Positions 1 to 13,474 of a stretch of 64,000 nucleotides of DNA are shown in pieces. The notes under the pieces were generated by a model. It was not told where the DNA came from. It saw nothing but the letters and a program-made list of their open reading frames with translations, and ran no database searches. The translations under genes and the position numbers were made by a program. Position 1 is the stretch's first letter; each line of letters begins with the position of its first letter. This stretch comes from Octopus sinensis (Eukaryota), in NCBI RefSeq assembly GCF_006345805.1, contig NC_043009.1:51522001-51586000 (forward strand), written 5' to 3'.

Positions 1-219
1 ACCGTCAAAACCACGAAGTGTGATTGGCGAGGAGGTTGACAGTCGGACCCCCTGTAGGAAGAAAAACAGGATCCTTCAAAGGATGCAGGAACGCATGGGA
101 GTCAACAGCCATCAAGCAATGGATATGAGGGTAGGTATAAATGAACTCTCTGAACCTTGGTTGATAGTCTCGTGATAAAAATACTGATGATTGCAGAAGC
201 TTATAAATGCTACCTCAAA

Positions 220-2640
220 ATGAGTGGTGTTAACTTCAAGTAATGATAACTGCATCAACGGGATCGAAACTGCTAACAGGGAAGGTATCGTGCACGGTAG
301 ACAAGGTGTGTCTAATGAAGCTACAGTAGGTCGTGATCAAGCCATTGAGGACCAGAATCGAAGTCGAAAGTGCAGAGGAAGGAAAATGAAATGGGAAGAA
401 AGAGGTCCTCAAGTTTGTGATTGAATGTTGGTTGAGAAGTGAGTCGAATAAAAGAAGTTTCATGAAACGAATGAAGAGAATATGGGATGAAAAGGGAATT
501 TTTAAGCTTCAGCTCAACGATTTATAGATCAGAAAAGGACACATTGTATAAATGATTGGATCAGAGGATTATATGTTGAAGAAATTCAAACAAGAATAAA
601 AAAAAAAAGGATTAGGAAGAGTATGAAACAACAGGAGCAGAAAGTCGTAATGAAGGGGTAAGAAATGACGAAAACGAAAAACAAGGAAATCCCTGTATGT
701 TTCACAATACGATAGAATAAATCGGGAAGATGATCTAGTTGGACAAGGGAAAGGAAATGTTGCATAAGACTTGAGATATGAAGAAGAGATTCTAAAAATG
801 CTGCGAGCTAAAATGTGTGGTGTGAACAATGAAGTGCCACCAATGTAAGATGTATGGAGAGAGTAAAAGTAAGGAGAGCCACAGGCAAATTAAATGGCGT
901 TTTGAGCTTGGTTAAAACAGGGGAGCATTAGAGAAACAAACTAGCTAATCATATCTGCTGTTATTGTTATAGCTGATATAATAGGATGCGAGCAGAAGAT
1001 GGTTGAAGAAAAAGAAGGGAAAGGAAATGAAAGAACTTAACTTGAGGAAAAGAAAACGTGTGAAGTTGGAAAAGAGACACGGGGAGATCAGGGGCAATTG
1101 AATAGGATAATAGGAGAACTTAAGAATGAGATATTAATAAGAAAATTGAATGAGCAGTACTGGTTAGAAGGAAGGAGAAACCAAATTGTATATGAAAGAT
1201 TGTCACAAAGAGTGATAGCGTCAAAGGCTAAATTGAAAAGATATGATGCTAGATGCAAAGGTTTTGAACTGAATACACTGTTTCAGTCAAATAGGAGACG
1301 TCTTTTTGAGGAAATAGAGGAGGAACACCATCAGATTGTTATTCCTGATGCGGAAGGAAGTAATGTACTTTGGAACAGGCCAGTGAGACATAAATAAAGT
1401 GCATGGTAGCCAACACAAGTGGAAAGACATGTTGCAACGGTGCCAAGACAAAGCGACGTCAGAATTAACCTGTATTCCGTGGGACTAACGTTTGAAATAT
1501 AACAAATTGGAAAGGACTTGGCCCGAATAGAGTTCAAGATTATTGGCTGGAAACTGTTACATAGTTGCAATGAAAGGTCGCTACAAACCTGACTGAATGC
1601 CTGTAGCAGGGAGTCGTCCCTACTTCGATGACAATTGAACGATCGTTACTATGCCAAAGTTACCCCTTAAAAGGTAACTTGGTATCAAACTTCCGACCTA
1701 TAACATGTTTGTCGCTTATGTGGCAACTTATGACTGGTGCCCTGGCGAAAAAAGTTATGCAATCATCTGGGGAAAAAAAGGTTCAGCAAACAAAGTAGGG
1801 TAACAAAGAAAACAGCTTATTTGAAAAAAAAGATAATTAGAAAATGTAGCCTTAGATTTGATGGGTTTGAATGTAGCACGGCTACATTACAGAAAAGTAC
1901 ATTGTATGGTATCGCACAGTTGGTTAAGTAAAGCAATAAGCATGCTTGGAGTGGCACAAGATAAGCAGAAAATGGTAAATGAGAGGATGAAAAATCGGAA
2001 CACTGAATCCACTTGAGGAAAGCGAACATCAGTCATGCCATATTTCAAGCATAACTCCATTATTATTTGTATTGGCTACAATACTGCCCAGGTTGATAAT
2101 ACATGTCAAAATAGCTTATGATTTGGTAAACGGATATAATCTGACACATCATACCCTTTTTATGGATGATACAAATCTTTATCGGGTAAATGAGAAACGC
2201 ATTGAAAGTCTTGTACATATTGTACGCATTTTCTTAGGTGATGTAGGTGTCGAGTTTCGGATTTAAAAGTGCGCAATACTGATGAAGGATTCAGGTGGAT
2301 TTGAAGGAAGCCAGGGAACTGAAAAGCCAAATGGGCAAATAGCGAAAGCAGTTGAGAAAGGATATGGAGAGATATGGATAGCGATATGAAGCTGTAAATA
2401 CAATTGGATTGGAAGAGTGCTTGAGTCGGAGCGATGGTAGATTTTATGGTTTTTCCCAATTCAAACGGGCCAGAAGCTAGAAAGTGATAAACTAGATATA
2501 GCAATAATAGACAATGATAATCAAAGTTGCTTACTAATTGATCCATCATGTCCGTTTCATTCCAGGATTATAAAGAAAACAGAAGAATTAAAAAAACAAA
2601 ATTCAATCCCTTAAAATTTAAAACTGTGAGAATTTAGAGT
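220..2640 (+). mobile_element. Decayed, internally deleted R4/Dong-clade non-LTR retrotransposon (RT plus restriction-like endonuclease)
   Basis: Frame-broken motifs in the expected order: VIECWLRSESNKRSFMKRMKRIWDEKGIF (~415-500); AKLKRYDARCKGFELNTLFQSNRRRLF (ORF 1098-1397); SNFRPITCLSLMWQLMTG (~1685-1738); HHTLFMDDTNLY...IESLVHIVRIFLGDVGVEFRI (ORF 2072-2266, RT catalytic motif); FPIQTGQKLESDKLDIAIIDNDNQSCLLIDPSCP (~2450-2555, REL PD-(D/E)xK-like). Thumb and CCHC regions are missing. Confidence 0.85.
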
Positions 2641-2764
2641 ATGAACATTGTAAATAACTGGTACACTATATTATTATAAATAATGATATAGATTACAAAC
2701 TATTCGCCTCTTAAGGACAGGAAAGGTTATCAGAAGCGTTTTCAGCTTTTGAAAGATACATGAA

Positions 2765-3150
2765 AGCTGGTGGTCAGCAATTTCGGGGTTGAGAATGAGT
2801 CATCGGCGCTATTGAGCAACTGGTACTTATTTCATTGATCCCTTAAGGATAAAATGCGAAGTCGACTTTGGCGGGGTTTGAGTTCATAATGTAGTAACGG
2901 AAGAAATGTTACTAAGCATTTTGTCCAGCATGCTATCAATCCTGCCAACGTCTTAATTATAGGTGCTTTTACTATAGACACATGACTTTATATTGTGTAA
3001 GGAGAGTGTTAGTCGAATAAATTGATCACAGTGGTACTTGATTTATCGACCCTCGAAAGAGTGAAAGGCAGAGTCAACCTCGGCGGGATTTGAATTCAAA
3101 ACGTAAAGACGAAATGTCGCTAAGTAATTTGCCCTGCATGATAACTGTCC
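2765..3150 (-). mobile_element. Two adjacent degenerate copies of tRNA-derived SINE family B
   Basis: Each matches the reverse complement of the family B body (B box GAGTTCAAATTCC, then gccgaggtcgactttgcc...taagtaccag); copies at ~2765-2957 and ~2962-3150. Confidence 0.7.
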
Positions 3151-3180
3151 TACTAGATAATCGCTCTAATAGTAGTATTA

Positions 3181-3188
3181 ATGATGAC

Positions 3189-3236
<48 letters not shown>

Positions 3237-3268
3237 GGTGGTGGTGGTTTTGATTGTGGTGTTGGTGG

Positions 3269-3300
<32 letters not shown>

Positions 3301-3520
3301 GTAGTGGTGATGGTGGTGGTGGTGGCGGGGGCGGTGATGATGACGATGATGATGTGGTGTGGTGGTGGTGGTGGTGGTGGTGGTGATGGCGATGATGATG
3401 ATGGTAGTGGTGATGGTGGTGGTGGTGCTGGAGGTGGTGATGATGACGATGATGATGATGATGATGATGGTGGTGGTGATGGTGGTGGTGGAGGAAGAGG
3501 TGACGATGATGATGATGATA
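3181..3520. repeat. Compound (GAT)n/(GGT)n trinucleotide microsatellite
   Basis: Directly visible; the source of the poly-His/Asp/Gly/Met pseudo-ORFs. Confidence 0.97.
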
Positions 3521-4219
3521 TGGTCTACTTCGCAAGGTGTTGCGCGCGCACACACACACACATGTAGTGTTTAATTAAACATTCAATTATAAATACAAAT
3601 GCATATATAAATGCCTGCTAATGTGAATCTTCCCATAAATTTCATTGTTATATTACGATAATTTGAACATGTCATGAATCTATAAATATCATTTACCATC
3701 CGTTTCATCATTTTTGACCATTTAATACTAATTCACGTCACTAATCATATTGAGTGATTTCCTTTAGCCCACTGACTGCTATAATTATGCAAGTTAAGCT
3801 CGCTCTAAATAAGTTACATCTTACAACGGAGTCAAGTTATCAAGCAATGGTGTACTGATGAAGCGCATTGTGGTAGAAACCTGAGCCACTTGTTGCTAAC
3901 ACAATGCACATAATCAGCGTCTCGTATGTAGAGAGAGAGAGAGGAGGAAAGAGGGAGAAAGAGGGAAAGAGAAATGGAGGGAGAGAGAAATGGAGAGACA
4001 ATGAGAAGGAGAGAAGGAGAAGCTATCCGTAGCTTAAAGTGAAGCTAATTCTGAGAAATTGTGCAATGATTGTGTTTATGATCTCTTCTAATACAGTGTC
4101 GTCTTGATTTTTCTTTACCATTCCCGCTAAACGAAAAATAGATTTCTCTTTTAGGAACTAAAATGAGGCTCTGTCTCTTTTAATTTGTTTCCCTAAGCGA
4201 ATTTTCTTATATATAACAG

Positions 4220-4249
4220 AGATAGATAGACAGACAGACAAACAGATAT

Positions 4250-4330
<81 letters not shown>

Positions 4331-4372
4331 AAGGTAGATGGATAGATAGATGGATAGATAGATAATTTGATT

Positions 4373-4404
<32 letters not shown>

Positions 4405-4449
4405 CATACATACATACATACATACATACATACATACATACATACATAC

Positions 4450-4489
<40 letters not shown>

Positions 4490-4490
4490 A
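4220..4490. repeat. Compound (GATA)n-(CATA)n-(GA)n microsatellite
   Basis: Directly visible. Confidence 0.97.
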
Positions 4491-4566
4491 ATGAAAGGGA
4501 GACAGACAGGGAAATTGGGTAGACGTAGATTAACTCGTCTGGAAGATGCTCATTTATATAAATACT

Positions 4567-4670
4567 TGGCTGTGTGGTAAGAAGCTTGCTTCCCAAACAT
4601 GTGGTTCCGGGTTCAGTTGCACTGTGTATCACCTTGGGCAAGTGTCTTCCACTATAGCTCTGGCCCGGTC
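4567..4670 (+). mobile_element. SINE family A, tRNA-like head only
   Basis: tggctgtgtggtaag (A-box-like)...gggttcagttgc (B-box-like)...ccttgggcaagtgtcttcc, homologous to the full copies at 36301 and 40873. Confidence 0.8.
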
Positions 4671-6436
4671 TACTCCTTTTGAGTGTTGTTTGCCCATCTC
4701 TTTCCCTGAACAACCTAAACATTACACGCGCTGTTTATTTTTATTCGACATGCAGTGAGTGATATTGGCCATGCAACTGAGGAGCAAGCTTGTATATTAT
4801 TCTCGCATCTTCTAGAAATATTAGGTAAATATCTATGAAATTCTTCTATACAGTTCTATAAAAATGTAGTTCACCTAATGGGATTTTCGTGGACAGAAAC
4901 CCTCCTTTAATTAAAGTACTCACTAGTTACAAATGATCAGTATGTGAACCATAATATGAGTCTTTATCATTTTGTTAATAACACAGGAAAAATTTATGAT
5001 CATCAACACTTTCATTTCACATTTTGGTGATATAGGAAACTTCAGGTCTAAGTGTCTAGTGAGAAGTTAGTTAATAAAAAGACTGTCATCTCTAAAATAT
5101 AAGTACTCGACACACATATCACATATCGCTCTTAGTTCTAACCGTTTGTTAAATGTGAAAGACGTTTCCTTGTGTCCACACTCGATTGAATTCTCTCTGC
5201 TATATGTCAGTAAATATAAATGAGAAAGCAGAGATTTTCATTCCGCTGTTGATGCTAAATGAATTATAATTTTAAGCTCAAAGCATAACCGTACAAAATA
5301 GTTTTAGGGCCAACGGTATTCCGGCTTTCTTTAAAACGGTGAGCTCGGATTAAAATGAGAAAGAACTTTTATATGTAGCAAATCGAACGATCATCTTCCG
5401 TTGCTTGATATTTATGTTGCTACTTTTAGAGAGGAAAGCTTTTACATTATTTCATCCGCAACCAGTGTTCTATATGACACATTAATTTGAGCACAAATGA
5501 ATGGAAAATTACTTGGCCATCGATTGTATAGGAAACCAGAGGGACTCGACTGTCAGTTTGACTCATTTTTCACAGTTTGATAGTTGTCAACGAAAGTATA
5601 TATATGACCCCGGCTGTTATTCTCAGTATTCTTAGTTCATGGAATGGTCTTGAACGTCTTCTCCAGGGCTCAAGAAGTATAAGAGTGAGCGAACAGCACA
5701 GAAAAAGAAATCATTGTGACTGTTTTGGAAGAAGACAAGCTTCATTTTCTGTAACGAATTTGTGCGGTGAATAGCGATTGGATATGTTAAGGGACTCAAA
5801 AAGCTTTTAGATGCCACCAACAGGTAGAAAGCAAACAAGAATCTGAAAACTATATACGACAACGAATGTTTGACTAGTCCTTGGTACCACACCCGTAGTA
5901 TTGTCCGTGTCTTGCACCCCCGCCTCCACCTCTTTCGTGCAATGAAATAGTCTTCGGGGACGAAAGAGATGCGAAAATGTCTTCGAAGTGGCTACATGTG
6001 CACAATTGTAGTTTTTCAAAGAGAATTCGTTTAGTTCGACAACAGCACAAATGAGTCGTATGTGATGGTGTCTCTCTTGAATAGTAAGAATTACTTTATC
6101 AGTATGTACAATTTGAATGACTTATGCTGGTTTCGGAGAAAAGATATGTTCATTTTGCATTGCATTCGAGAGAACTCTTGTAACTTCCAATGTCTATCTA
6201 AGTGTCTACTCATATACTGGAAACTGCTTCATGTGATCAATTTAAGGCGGAGCGTTTTCAATAAAAGCAAAACCTGAATAAATGTCTACTAAATTACATT
6301 GAGTTGCTATCACTACACTGACCGAGATTGTTTATTTGGTATCATCATCTATTTGATAACATGAAGTGTGCTACTGTTATTTTCTGGTTGCTTAGTTTGT
6401 TCAAATGTATTTTATTGCTCTTTTACTCGTTCAGGT

Positions 6437-6469
<33 letters not shown>

Positions 6470-6485
6470 TATATATATTATATAT

Positions 6486-6519
<34 letters not shown>

Positions 6520-6583
6520 AAGTTAATCCAAACAAGAAAACACAAAAAAACACAACAACGCGAGGACGTGGAACAAATATAGT

Positions 6584-6657
6584 ATTATTGGACGCCCAGG
6601 AAAGAAGGAAAGAAGGAGAGTTTAATGTTTCGAGCGGAGCTCTTCGTCGGAAACATA
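6584..6657 (-). ncRNA. Putative type I hammerhead ribozyme motif, copy 1 (subfamily I) of a ~220-bp repeat spanning ~6520-6739
   Basis: Minus strand reads tatgttt-CCGACGA-A-GAGC-tcc-GCTC-GAAAC-at...gggc-GTC-caataat. Stem II is perfect; the core has C at position 4 instead of U. (TA)n flanks both sides. Homologous end-to-end to 19105-19322. Confidence 0.55.
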
Positions 6658-6761
6658 GGAGAAGGAAAGATCCAGAGAAGGGAAGACAGAGGAAAAAAAA
6701 TCGCCAACGGTACACACGAGGTCACATTTTGAAATACCGATATATATATATATATATATAT

Positions 6762-6890
6762 AGTAGTATCTCGGTTTTCGAACAACTCTAAGCACGAATA
6801 AACCGTGCTCTATGTCCTGTCTTTCTCATATTAATTTTATAGAGTAGTACCTCGGTTTACGAATGCCTCTGACCACGAATAAATTGTGCT
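6762..6890 (+). repeat. Two diverged direct repeats resembling pogo/Tigger-type terminal sequence
   Basis: agtagtatctcggttttcgaac...cacgaataa repeated as agtagtacctcggtttacgaat...cacgaataa about 80 bp later. Resemblance to CAGTRGTACCTCGG-type termini is from memory only. Confidence 0.3.
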
Positions 6891-6891
6891 T

Positions 6892-6928
<37 letters not shown>

Positions 6929-6996
6929 ATGTGTGTGTGTATATATATATATGTCTATATATATATATATATATATTGTGTGTGTGTGTGTGTGTG

Positions 6997-7700
6997 CGGA
7001 TATCCACCTTCATAGACGATAGACATAAGCGTGCCAAGAAACTAGACATAAAATTACTAACGACAACAAAGCATAACACCACAATCCATCTCCAGACACT
7101 ACTGTATATATTAACTCGCAATCCTACAAACAATGCGGCATACAACACTATTGTGGGAAATCTTTCTTTACTAACTAGAGACCCAAAAATGAACATCCTG
7201 AAAGGACATAAATTCATCAAATGCAAAACGCAACATAAATCGCTAAAGAGACGTCTAACAAATCGAAGATTTACACAACAACCATGAAACCAGCAGTTAC
7301 AAAATGTGGACGCCCAAACTGTGGAACATGCTCCAACCTACTTGAAGGCTCGGATTTTCTTTTCAAACAAGGAGAGAGGTCCACAATTAAAAACAACTTC
7401 ACTAGTGTCTCTGAGAATCTAATTCATGCAACAACGTGGTCGGGTTGTGGACATAACTATAGGACAGACGAGTATCACAGTGAGACGGAGGACAACTCTA
7501 CATAAAGAGCAGATCCGGTTCCCGCAATTTAGACAGATGCATTTAAGTAAACACATAGAGAGATGTAAAGGTAACATCAAACAAAATTTCACAGTTTTCC
7601 CTTTCTACTAGTGCAAAGATACCATTTCTATAGAAGAACGTTTAAATAAGGAAAAAATTATTTATCGAACAATACAGAACACGTCTAAAAATGCATGCAT
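6997..7700 (+). mobile_element. 5'-truncated Penelope-like element: RT-endonuclease linker plus GIY-YIG endonuclease, frameshifted
   Basis: RAKKLDIKLL...TRNPTN...NLSLLTRDPKMNIL...KTQHKSLKRRLT; KCGRPNCGTC...ENLIHATTWSGCGHN; then (Y)IGQTSITVRRRTTLHKEQIR...LSKHIERC...FTVFPFY...ERLNKEK. This is the Cys-motif/GIY-YIG/H..QIR pattern of PLE C-termini. Confidence 0.85.
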
Positions 7701-8316
7701 AACCAACTGCGTTCTTTATGCATATTCTAATTTACCATTACATACCCATCACTGTACATACTTCTCCGTATTTCTCTAGCTTTTGAATTTTTGTATATAA
7801 TAACCCCACCCACCAACCCACACTCACACACACACACATATATATATGCATGTACACACACACATATTTATATATATAACAATACAGTTGCTCAAGGTGC
7901 CACACATTGGAACTGAACGAGAAATTCTATAAAACATTTGACTATTTACAAGTTCTGTACCCTCAGCAAACTAAAACTACATGATCTATATTGTTCCATC
8001 CCGTAAAGAAGAGGCTTTCGTGCAATTTAAGGGATGTTTGGTTCCTATTTCTAGTAGTTTTAACAACACAGTGGTCGCTACCTCGTTACTTTAAAGTGTC
8101 CCCGATAACAGTGATGATAGTGGTGAAGGGGAGCAAATGGCTGTCAGAGTCCGTTGGTATGGAATGTAAGACGGAAATTGAAGCTTAACTGGATAACACA
8201 ATAAATAAATGAGAACCATGTTTGCAAGTTTTTACATGGCTGCATATATTCATACTAACGTAGATTGATCGCACACAAACTTTAGTACGGCATACCCACT
8301 CGTGCACACCAGGATA

Positions 8317-8695
8317 CACACACACACACACACATACACACACACACACACACAACACACACATATATATATATATACATATACATAAATCAGTGTGTTA
8401 GTGCGTGTGTTTTTGTGCGTATTTATACACAGTCATTTTGCGGTACACAAGAACAAATCTAATCTTAAACAAATATGCCATATCTTCTTCACGCATATAA
8501 TCGCAAACATCCATATTTACACCCGCGCGCGCACATACACACACGCACACGCACACAGATGTATGTGTGTGTGTTTATATATATACATATATATACGTAT
8601 ATATGCATATATATTATATATATATATATGCGTATATACATACATACATATATACACACATATATACGTTAATATATTAATGTGTATATGACATG

Positions 8696-8742
<47 letters not shown>

Positions 8743-8765
8743 GTATATATATATTATATATATAT

Positions 8766-8807
<42 letters not shown>

Positions 8808-9025
8808 TGCGAGTACGTTTGAGTGTGAAAATGTGTTTATGTATATATTTGTGTGTAAAGGAACGTGAAATTTTATAACTGAGTCTGTGTCTATGTATGT
8901 AGATGTGTGTGCTAGTGCGTGTGTGGATCTGTGTGTATGCGTGTGCATGTTTGTGTCTGTGTGTGTGTGCGTGCGTGTGTGTGTCTGTATGTGTGTGTTC
9001 ATGTACATGTATATGTGCATTATAC
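8317..9025. repeat. Compound (CA)n/(TA)n/(TG)n low-complexity tract
   Basis: Directly visible. Confidence 0.9.
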
Positions 9026-9799
9026 ATACATTCTTGTATCATCTACGCTTCACACATATGGCTTCATTTGTCGAAACTTCTCAATTGTTAAGTTTCGTGG
9101 TTCAACGATGGGAGGTTAAAAGTTAAACGAAATGCCGTCACTCCAAGCATACATACTGACCACATCATTTCAATTATTTCCTGTACAAAGTCAGGTCACC
9201 AAAAAGGTCATTTGTTGGAGGTCACAATAGAGGTCAGTGCAGATTAAATACTAATGCATATGATTGCACTGTTGGACAATGTCATTTTCAGCAAATTATA
9301 TTTTGACAGCGTCACTTTCGCAGTCTTTCGTTTCACTGGAGGAGGTTTTAACAGAAAGAGACAAAATGGCGATGTAGTTGTGTTGGTTTTGTTGTACGTG
9401 CTGTAATGATTGCTATAATTGTAGCCACGTGATGTGATGGTGGTGGTGGTGTTATTAGTGAATGGTTTGTTAAGACTGTTGCTACTAACGTTGTTCATAT
9501 TCTTAATGTTGCGCTTATTGCTTTTATGTTGATGGTGATTATAATTGCAAGCGTAGAGGTTGTAATGGTGATGATAGCGGTTGTCGGTCTTGAAAACGCT
9601 GATTATTCTTGATTTTGTTGTTGTTGTTGTTGCTGGTGGTGGTGGTGCCGGTGGGGGTGACAGTGGTGGTAATGACGGTGATACCGTTCATGGTGATGAT
9701 CGGACTGGTGGTACTAGAGGTAGCGTTAATGATTGTAGTATAGTTAATAGTACGGGTGATGGTTGGGTGGGGTAGAGTCGAAGGTGATGCGTTGATTAC

Positions 9800-10330
9800 G
9801 GTATTCTTAATAGTGGTAAGGTGTTGCTGGTGATACAGGTAGCCATAATGATAGTAGCACTGTTAAAAGTGGTGGTGGTGGTGGTGTTTGTTGTTGCTGT
9901 TGTTGTTGTGTTGGTAGTAGTGATAGCGAAGGTGTTGGTGTTCATAGTGATGGTGATGATGATAGTGGTGGTGGTGGCTATGGCGGTGATGGCTATGGTG
10001 GTGATGGTTATGGCGGCGGTGGTGGTGGTGGTGGTGGTTGTCATCGTTGTTGTTGTTTTGGTGGTAGTGATAGTGACGGTGTTGATGATCGTAGTGATCG
10101 TAGTGATGATGGTGGTTATGGTGGTGGTGGTTGTTGTTGTTATTGTTGTTGAGGTGGTGGTGGTAATGATAGTGATGTTGTTGGTGACTGTAGCGGTAGT
10201 AGTGATGACGGTGGTGACGATGATGGCGGCAGCGGCGGCGGCGGTGGTGGTGATGGTGGTGGTGGTAGTGGTGGTGGTGGTGGTGGTACTGGCAATAGTG
10301 CGGGTGATGCTAATAGTGTTATTGCTGAAG
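9800..10330. repeat. Degenerate (GGT/GAT/GTT)n triplet tract
   Basis: Directly visible; gives the Val-rich 196-aa pseudo-ORF. Confidence 0.9.
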
Positions 10331-10519
10331 GTAATATTAATGCCTAATTCTGGTGCTGGTCACAACGGAAGTAGACAATGTTCTCTCAAACGAAGTGTGA
10401 CGATATCCTGAAGCACATTGAATCTTCCCACCACCACACATACACATACACACACTCCCTTTCTCTCCCTGTCTCTGTCTGTCTGTCTCTCTTTTTATCT
10501 CCCTGTACTTAACAACTCC

Positions 10520-12310
10520 TTCTCTGTCACCCGCAATTCGGCTCATAATTTGCAGGTTTTTGATGAAAGCAATTTGTTACACTTAACTCCACTACCTCTT
10601 GGAATCCTAAACTCTTATTATCAACTGGTTTCTTTTCTGCTACACATCCCGGCCAAATATCCCAAACCCACAAATTCCTTCGATCGCTTTCTAAACTTCA
10701 ATTCCCCTCTTCACCTAAACAGAATTGTCTTCGTAACTGACGTGTCATATCCACTCACTATCGCATTACAATTAGCCAACAAACATGGACATACTACACA
10801 GTGACTCAAAGGCACCACGTAATATGCTACATCAAGTCAGTCAATTAGGCAGAGTTTCTTCCTTTTATGCTATTTAACTCTGCTAGAATGTTTTTCAATT
10901 CTATCTCATGTAGAAAACGTGATAGTTGTCTGAAACTATATTTCTTGGCAGGTCCCTCCAAAATAACCATAAACGACAAAATTCAAAGCCCCTAGTCACT
11001 AAGTACTTCACTCAGAGTAATGTCGAAGCTACTGATGCAAGTAGCTAGACATACATAGTCTAGTTAATCTCTCCCGCAACAAAATCACTGTGGTAGGAGT
11101 TCATCCAACAATACAGTATCTACCAGTCCACTATACAACCCAAACCAGAAAAGGTAATTTAGTATACCATGCAACACTGAGACTGACGTTCCAAACTGAA
11201 GACCATAGTTTTTAGTTCTAGGCAAATAGTTTCCACCAACATCTCGGAAGCAGCTTTCCTTCTCTAAAAACAAAAAAAAAAATCCACCGTCACTGTCCCC
11301 TTAGCAGCCTAATTGATACAATACGGCTTAATTTCTTCCTGCATTCACACATACACCCAAAATATGAAACTAGTCCGGCTACTTCGGGCAAACAACGCTA
11401 GTAGTCTGGAAAACGTTCCTTCCATTAAACTCAAATATTATGCTCCACAGGTAGTCTATACTCTCCAAACTCAATCCCTCCTGCTCAACAGGGATTTATC
11501 CTGATTACTAGCAAGTCGTTACAGTATGCTTTATTCCCAAGAAAACTCATTACTCTATCCTGGCTAATTATCTCCTTATCGTACTCACTCCTAATAGCTC
11601 TGAGATAATGGATATAGCGATTACCAACGACGTTCTACTACACCTTCAATCTCTCTCACTTCATTTTCTCCCCTTAATTATCACCAATGCAGTTTCTGTG
11701 AAATAAGATCTATTCGGTAGCTAATCTCCGTTACTCACCTATGTTTCCTTGGTGATAACAATGTTACCAACAACAAAGCTTTCAACTGTACCTGACGTGT
11801 GAATTCCCTATAGATCCTGCTTACAATGAGTTCCATCTGTTTCACATCTCTTGGATCGATAGCTTCCTATCAGATCGCAGTATTGACGCATCTGTTGATG
11901 CAACAATATTTCACTCTTTCTTTCAATTCTAGCGTTCCCCAAGGCTCGATTTTGACTCTTTTGCTATTTCCTTCCTACATCAACAACTTACTACCTGCCG
12001 GCACAGCCGACAACACTTATTCATACACGGATGAGACAACATTTCCTTTTTCCCTAATATTCTCCAACAATTTGCAAGCTAGATAACCCTTGCCAAGTCT
12101 ACACTGATTAGCTGAACAAATCGAATTTACCTTCCAATGGCGACATAACAATACCGTTTCTATCAAAAGCAAGAAATACAAATGCTGCTCGTGCCAAGAA
12201 GCATCCCCGCATCCAACTCAAATAATCAAGAGCAGTACTCAGCTGCAGGTCCCTAAAATTTCTCCATTTGTTGGGTCTCTCCAGCACCGATAATCTCATG
12301 TGGAGAAATC
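10520..12310 (+). mobile_element. Heavily decayed CR1/Jockey-group LINE ORF2 (RT)
   Basis: SSVPQGSILTLLLFPSYINNL...NTYSYTDETT (ORF 11826-12086; degenerate GVPQGS-L-P-LF-YINDL and YADD). Upstream LANYLLIVLTPNSSEIMD (~11560-11615) resembles NYRPIxLT..SKIME. The 5' boundary is uncertain. Confidence 0.65.
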
Positions 12311-13151
12311 CCATCCTGTATAAGCAGTGTGTGTGTGTGTGTGTGCATGTGTGCGTGTTTGTGCGTGTTTGTGCGCGTGTGTGAGTGTGTATGTGTGTGT
12401 ATTTGAATGTGTGTGTGTGTGAGTGTGTGTGTGTGACGGGCTTCCTCACACTTTCTGTCAAACATTTTCACTCACAACTTATTGGGAAGACATCTTCTCA
12501 AGCTATCGTGCATTGGGACTGAACCCCAAATCATGTGATGACAAAGTGATCGTTTTAACTACTCAACCATACCTGAGTTTGGTTTAAATTGATTAACCAC
12601 AAAAATTAAATACCTTAGTTATTGTGTACCCGCTTTCTTTTTAAGACTGCATTTCTGCCTTGAGGAAAATTTGCTTCACTAGTTCTGGTAGTTAGAATGG
12701 CAATAAAGAACATCATACTTTATTAGCTTGTTGTCAAACGTTATTGTATGTCTTCAGTTAACTCTAATGATATACTTTAGTATCAAGTAATGTTGCTTAC
12801 ATCATTGTTACTGTTACTTTCGAAGCTCTCTTTGTTCTTGTTATTGATAGCCATGCTGTATGGATATCATATGTTGAACTGGCAAAGATGTTAGCATTTA
12901 CTGGCATGTCGTGTTCACGTTCTCAGTTCAAAGTTGAAGACAACTTTGACTTTCAGCCTTTCGGTGTCGATAAAAAAAAAGTACCACTCAAATACAAGGT
13001 TCGATGTAACCTACGAAACTACTACCTCCGCCAAAAAAAAAAATATAAATAATGGCTACTTTCAAAGTGAGAAGTCATTGATATCATGGTTGATATTTTT
13101 GTTGTTGTTTAATCCTGGATTGATAGTCATTGAACCAATTTACGATCATGG

Positions 13152-13317
13152 GCACAGGCTTGGCTATATGGTAAGAAGTTTGATTTCCAAACACATGTAT
13201 CCGGCTTCACTCTCAGTACCTGGCACACTGGGAGAGTGTCTCTTACTATAGCATCATCAGGCTGACCAAATCTGTGTAAGTGTATTTGGTAGGCGAAAAC
13301 TAAAAGAAACACGTCGT
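13152..13317 (+). mobile_element. SINE family A head and central part (degenerate); its 3' half appears at 13960-14170
   Basis: ggcttggctatatggtaagaag...ggcacactgggagagtgtctcttactatagc...tttggtaggcgaaaactaaaagaaacacgtcg. Confidence 0.7.
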
Positions 13318-13324
13318 AACTATG

Positions 13325-13474
13325 TGTGTCAGTTTCCGTCTGCCAAATACACTCACAAGGCTTTGGCCGGTCCGAGGCTATAATAGAAGACTCGCACAAG
13401 GTACCACGCAGTGGGACTGAACCCAGAACCATGTGGTTGGTCAGCAAGCTACTTACTACATAGCCAATCCTGCG

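Noticed and set aside
1-220. Possible HDV-like ribozyme in the 5' UTR of the R4/Dong element
   Set aside because: Expected from related clades, but I could not identify the nested double pseudoknot in the sequence.
3074-3567. Long His/Pro/Ser/Val/Met-rich ORFs (also at 9821, 14670, 20237, 24056, 31809, 37984, 41660, 48654 and others)
   Set aside because: They are translations of di-, tri- and tetranucleotide microsatellites that lack stops in several frames.
3855-3925. CTGATGAAG...GAAAC...CGTC hammerhead-like string
   Set aside because: Stem II and stem I do not pair; at most a very decayed motif.
5577-6019. Complex-looking sequence with short ORFs on both strands
   Set aside because: Stops in all frames and no motif I recognise; cannot support an exon or TE call.
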